From contig JACPQN010000018.1 of NCBI GenBank assembly GCA_016190485.1, positions 12,060 to 76,059 of the forward strand: 64,000 nucleotides of DNA. Direction: 5' to 3'. The notes beneath the pieces are model-generated. The model was not told the origin of the DNA and did not search any database. It worked only from the letters and a program-made list of their open reading frames with translations. This DNA is from Chloroflexota bacterium (GTDB taxonomy: Bacteria > Chloroflexota > Dehalococcoidia > SHYD01). The position numbers were made by a program, and so were the translations under genes. This document shows positions 60,903 through 64,000 of this stretch, in pieces. Numbering within the stretch: the first letter of the stretch is position 1; each line of letters starts with the position of its first letter.

Positions 60903-62681
60903 ATGCAGACGAACCTGATGGCATCTCCATCCCTGGAGACAGCGGTCACCGCGGCCTGCATTGAGATTAGCCCAAAGCCTGAACCGGGCCTGCCCACCGG
61001 AGGAGCCGGCCTGTTTGCGGCGCTGCTGGAGAGCCTGGCCCGAGAGCAGCGTCTCGCCCTTGGCGACACCTCGCCGCTGATGGCGCTGCGCGCAAGCGGG
61101 CCTGGCGACGAGGCCAGGGCTGATGCCCCACCGGAAGCAGAGGAATCGCCGCTCGCTGCGGAGCACGCCGTGCTGCCTGCCGCGTACGCGTTAGCCTACA
61201 CCCTCCCGCCGCTGGTCTTCGCGCCCCAGGAGTCGAAGCCCACGGCAGTCGCGGAGTCACCCGAGACGGGCGCTCCGCCGTCGGGAGGGCCTTGGCCGAC
61301 CGGAGCCACGGCAGTGGAGCGAGAAACCCCTAAGAGCGGTCAGCCTACCTCCCGCCTGGCCCGGAGCGATGCGCAGGCAGCAAACCAAGAACCGGCAGCG
61401 CTCAACCCCCCAGGTGAGGCGACGGCTATGCCCGTCTCCTGGGTGGAGACCGTCTCCGCTGGCCGGCAAGCCCGCCTGCCGGACGGGCAGGCTCCGTCGA
61501 GGCCGCAGCCACCGTCGCCCGTGCAGAGGGAGCGGGAGACGCGCCCAGCCTGGCACGGGCCGACTGCCGATACCTCCGCGGCGCCAGCGTCGCCGCAGGA
61601 GCAGGTCCAAGAGTCGGTGCGCCGCCTTGAGACTGGCCACCCCTTCCAGGACCGCGGCGCGTCGCCGCAGGAGCAGGTCCAAGAGTCGGTGCGCCTGGCC
61701 GCTGGTTCACTGGAAAGCCTGCTCATGGCCACGCCGGAGGCCCTGCCAGCCCCCGAGGAGCGCGGCATCCGCAAGCTGGCCAGGGCAGCCAAGCGCGAGC
61801 ACTCGGCGCCGCCGCAGCTCCCCGCTCCTAAGACGAGGGCCGAGGTCGGCCACCTACCCAGGGGTTTGGAAAACCCCGGCCATGAAGCACTCAGGGATCC
61901 GGCGGCGCCTGCCTGGGGCAGACAGGCCGGGCCTGCGGGCGCTCCTCGGCCCGCGCTGGAGCGGGAGGCTCGCCACCCCGTCGCCAGTCACAGTGACCAC
62001 GTGCCACGGCTGTCGGCGATGGCCCCTGCCCGCCCCATGGACGCGGCGCTGCCGGGCGTGCAGCTTGCTGGCGCCGAGACGCCACCCCCCGACTTCGGCG
62101 TGGCCGAACCACGGAGCGCGCGCGCCGCAGCAACTGACGGCTTCCCCCCGGAGGCGCTGGTGGGGGCCTACCTCCCTCACCTGCAGGAGGCTCGCGGCCG
62201 GACGACGGGGGCGGCTGTGCCGGCGGAGCCGGCCCAGTCCATGCCTGGGACAGGGGTATCCACCCGGCAACTCCCGGCCGCCATTACCACCCTGGTGGTC
62301 TCGGGCGACAGGGAGGCCCGCATTCGCCTGGACCCGCCATCCCTGGGATCGGTGGAGGTGACGGTCCAGCACCAGGATGGCCGGGTCTCCGTCAGCCTGG
62401 AGGTAGGTAGCCAGGAGGCACGGGACGCCCTCCAGGCGGCGTTACCGGCCCTGCGTAGCGCCCTGGAGCGACAGGGATTCCAGGTGGAGGGATTCAGCCT
62501 CACCCATGACCCTTCCTGGGCCATGGGTGGCTTCCTGGGCGGCCGAGGCCAGCACTGGAGCCACCCGTCTCCTGGAGTACTCCGCCAGGCGCCCTACACG
62601 CAGACGGGGCAGGCCCGGCTCGACGACGCCCCGGTGGTAACGCCGCCCTTGGCCGGAGCACACGTAGACTACAGAGTGTAG
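60903..62681 (+). CDS. fliK: flagellar hook-length control protein FliK
   Basis: Long Pro/Ala-rich N-terminal region and a conserved C-terminal domain …EARIRLDPPSLGSVEVTVQHQDGRVSVSLEVGSQEARDALQAALPALRSALERQGFQVEGFSL…. Confidence 0.8.
   Translation: MQTNLMASPSLETAVTAACIEISPKPEPGLPTGGAGLFAALLESLAREQRLALGDTSPLMALRASGPGDEARADAPPEAEESPLAAEHAVLPAAYALAYTLPPLVFAPQESKPTAVAESPETGAPPSGGPWPTGATAVERETPKSGQPTSRLARSDAQAANQEPAALNPPGEATAMPVSWVETVSAGRQARLPDGQAPSRPQPPSPVQRERETRPAWHGPTADTSAAPASPQEQVQESVRRLETGHPFQDRGASPQEQVQESVRLAAGSLESLLMATPEALPAPEERGIRKLARAAKREHSAPPQLPAPKTRAEVGHLPRGLENPGHEALRDPAAPAWGRQAGPAGAPRPALEREARHPVASHSDHVPRLSAMAPARPMDAALPGVQLAGAETPPPDFGVAEPRSARAAATDGFPPEALVGAYLPHLQEARGRTTGAAVPAEPAQSMPGTGVSTRQLPAAITTLVVSGDREARIRLDPPSLGSVEVTVQHQDGRVSVSLEVGSQEARDALQAALPALRSALERQGFQVEGFSLTHDPSWAMGGFLGGRGQHWSHPSPGVLRQAPYTQTGQARLDDAPVVTPPLAGAHVDYRV
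61587..61695 (+). repeat. perfect 37-bp direct repeat, 72-bp period, inside fliK
   Basis: GCGTCGCCGCAGGAGCAGGTCCAAGAGTCGGTGCGCC at 61587-61623 and 61659-61695; an in-frame duplication (ASPQEQVQESVR). Confidence 0.9.
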
Positions 62682-62687
62682 TAGGAG

Positions 62688-63152
62688 GTGACCATGACCA
62701 CGGTGCAGGACACGGCCCTGGTGCCGTCGGCTGCGAGGCTCCCTGGAGCCCAGGAGTCCCGGGAGCGGCAGGGGCTGGGGAAGCAGGAGTTTCTACAGCT
62801 CCTCGTCGCGCAGCTCAAGAACCAGGACCCCATGCAGCCAATGCAGGACCGGGAGTTCATCGTGCAGTTGGCCCAGTTCAACATCCTGGAACAGCTCCAG
62901 GCCATGAACCAGGCCCTCCAGCAGATGGGGCAGTGGTCGGCCATGAGCCAAGCATCCAGCCTGCTGGGCAAGCAGGTGGAGGCCACCACAGAGTCGGGCC
63001 AGGTAGCCGGCCAGGTAACGGGAGTGTCCATGAGCAAGGGCCAGGCGCTGGTGGAGGTAGCGGGACACAAGCTGGCCCTGACGCAGATCATCCGCCTGAT
63101 TCAGGGACCGCCCGAGGCCCCACGAGCCACGTCTGATGGAAAGACCACTTGA
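62688..63152 (+). CDS. flgD: flagellar hook capping/assembly protein FlgD
   Basis: …LGKQEFLQLLVAQLKNQDPMQPMQDREFIVQLAQFNILEQL…LLGKQVEA… ATG at 62694 is an alternative start. Confidence 0.88.
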   Translation: MTMTTVQDTALVPSAARLPGAQESRERQGLGKQEFLQLLVAQLKNQDPMQPMQDREFIVQLAQFNILEQLQAMNQALQQMGQWSAMSQASSLLGKQVEATTESGQVAGQVTGVSMSKGQALVEVAGHKLALTQIIRLIQGPPEAPRATSDGKTT

Positions 63153-63519
63153 CCCGGTTCGTGCCACAACCTGGGCTGCCCCGCAGGTAGGGCCCGCCCG
63201 CCAGGGTCGGCGTCCGTCCGGCGGCTCCTTTGCGGCCGTGCTGGCCGGCGCGGAGGCGTCCCAGCGAGGGGTCGAGCTCTCCAGCCACGCCGCCCGACGC
63301 ATCCTGCAACGGGAGTTGCCCCTGGACGCCAGGGCGCTGGAACGGCTGGGCCGGGCCATGGACCGGGCCCAGAGCAAGGGAGTGCGCTCACCCCTGATCC
63401 TGCTGGACGGCATGGCCGTGGTGGCCAACGTGGCCCACCGCAGGATCGTCACCGCCATGGAGACGGGTCAGGCCCGGGAGCAGGTCTTCACCAACATAGA
63501 CGGGGTCGTGTTTGCCTAA
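63136..63519 (+). CDS. flagellar operon protein (TIGR02530-like, flgD-flgE spacer gene of Firmicutes-type clusters)
   Basis: …LSSHAARRILQRELPLDARALERLGRAMDRAQSKGVRSPLILLDGMAVVANVAHRRIVTAM…QVFTNIDGVVF resembles that family as recalled. Confidence 0.7.
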   Translation: MERPLDPVRATTWAAPQVGPARQGRRPSGGSFAAVLAGAEASQRGVELSSHAARRILQRELPLDARALERLGRAMDRAQSKGVRSPLILLDGMAVVANVAHRRIVTAMETGQAREQVFTNIDGVVFA

Positions 63520-63525
63520 GCCTGT

Positions 63526-63606
63526 GGCCGAAGGGCATGTCCTGAGGCTACCTGCCGGACGGGCAGGCTTGTCGAAGGGCTTGTCCTGAGCCTGTCGAAG
63601 GGGCTG
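63526..63606. repeat. cluster of dispersed hairpin-repeat units between the TIGR02530-like gene and flgE
   Basis: CCGAAGGGCATGTCCTGAGG, CCTGCC-ggac-GGGCAGG, GTCGAAGGGCTTGTCCTGAGCCTGTCGAAGGGG. Confidence 0.65.
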
Positions 63607-63687
63607 GCCCTCTCGGAGGAAGCCCATCGACCGAACGACATCAAGACACCCAACCATGGGTTAGACGTGTAAAGGAGCAACAGCGCC

Positions 63688-64000
63688 ATGATGCGGTCAG
63701 TGTTCTCAGCGATCTCGGGGCTGCGCAGCCACCAGACGCTGCTGGACGTAGTAGGAAACAACATCGCCAACGTGAATACAACCGCCTTCAAAGTAGGGCG
63801 GGTGACTTTTCAAGACATCCTGAGCCAGACGGTGCGGGGCGCCTCCAGTACCACCGCCGCGCGCGGTGGCTCCAACCCCGTCCAGGTGGGGTTGGGCATG
63901 GCCGTGGCGGCCATCGACACCGTGGGCACCCAGGGCAACCTGCAGGCCACCAACAAGCAGACCGACCTGGCCATCCAGGGCGACGGCTACTTCCTGCTGA
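63688..64000 (+). CDS. flgE: flagellar hook protein FlgE, N-terminal fragment (3' end outside window)
   Basis: AAAGGAG SD, then [35 protein letters not shown]…[12 protein letters not shown]. The frame is open to the window end, so it is absent from the ORF track. Confidence 0.9.
   Translation, partial: MMRSVFSAISGLRSHQTLLDVVGNNIANVNTTAFKVGRVTFQDILSQTVRGASSTTAARGGSNPVQVGLGMAVAAIDTVGTQGNLQATNKQTDLAIQGDGYFLL

Overview
High-GC (about two-thirds G+C by eye), gene-dense bacterial chromosomal window. I recognised no rRNA, tRNA, CRISPR array, transposase or integrase.

Bases 1 to ~26.5 kb carry metabolic and housekeeping genes:
- the 3' end of citrate synthase
- a KimA-like APC permease, divergent from a truncated KdpD-like kinase / KdpE-like regulator pair
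- 3-oxoacid CoA-transferase subunits A and B, DUF309, a histidine phosphatase, a GNAT and a queuosine-salvage (DUF2419) protein
- a ~1.3-kb low-GC islet with three overlapping small ORFs
- a secreted triple-repeat protein
- argJ-argB-UPF0182-argD
- two family-III CoA-transferases plus DUF169
- an ArsR/XRE/XRE triple-HTH regulator
- a DXR paralogue that has lost the catalytic motifs
- a GlpA-like FAD oxidoreductase / pyridine-nucleotide oxidoreductase / DUF1667 trio

From 26.9 kb to the window end lies a ~37-kb motility supercluster, all on the + strand except the HD-GYP gene. Its order is HD-GYP(-) | cheY-like | flbD-motAB-fliL-fliN-fliOPQR-flhBAF-pilZ-orf-fliA-orf-flgFG | flgMN-flgKL-fliW-csrA | fliC | orf-fliD-fliS-orf-sortase | flgC-fliEFGHIJ-slt-flgB-fliK-flgD-orf-flgE(partial). 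It is the monoderm type: flbD and fliW/csrA are present, and there is no flgA/H/I.

Most notable observations:
- A sortase gene sits inside the flagellar cluster, and an exported RskA-like protein with an LPNTG sorting motif is wedged between fliA and flgF.
- fliM and flhG are absent from their canonical slots; a motif-intact PilZ gene follows flhF.
- flgB is displaced ~6 kb from flgC.
- A recurrent GCCGATAG(T) sigma-28-type -10 box precedes each predicted flagellar transcription unit.
- The fliC leader has a hairpin-loop AGGA and a GGA-containing SD downstream of fliW-csrA.
- A dispersed hairpin repeat family (cores CCCTTCGAC / CTCAGGACA) has colonised intergenic spacers and even supplies ORF termini.

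Lineage cannot be established from the sequence alone. Gene content and the repeat types are, from memory, reminiscent of thermophilic high-GC monoderm lineages such as Chloroflexota-like genomes. Because of the GC content almost every gene is shadowed by long spurious ORFs in other frames, and these were rejected.
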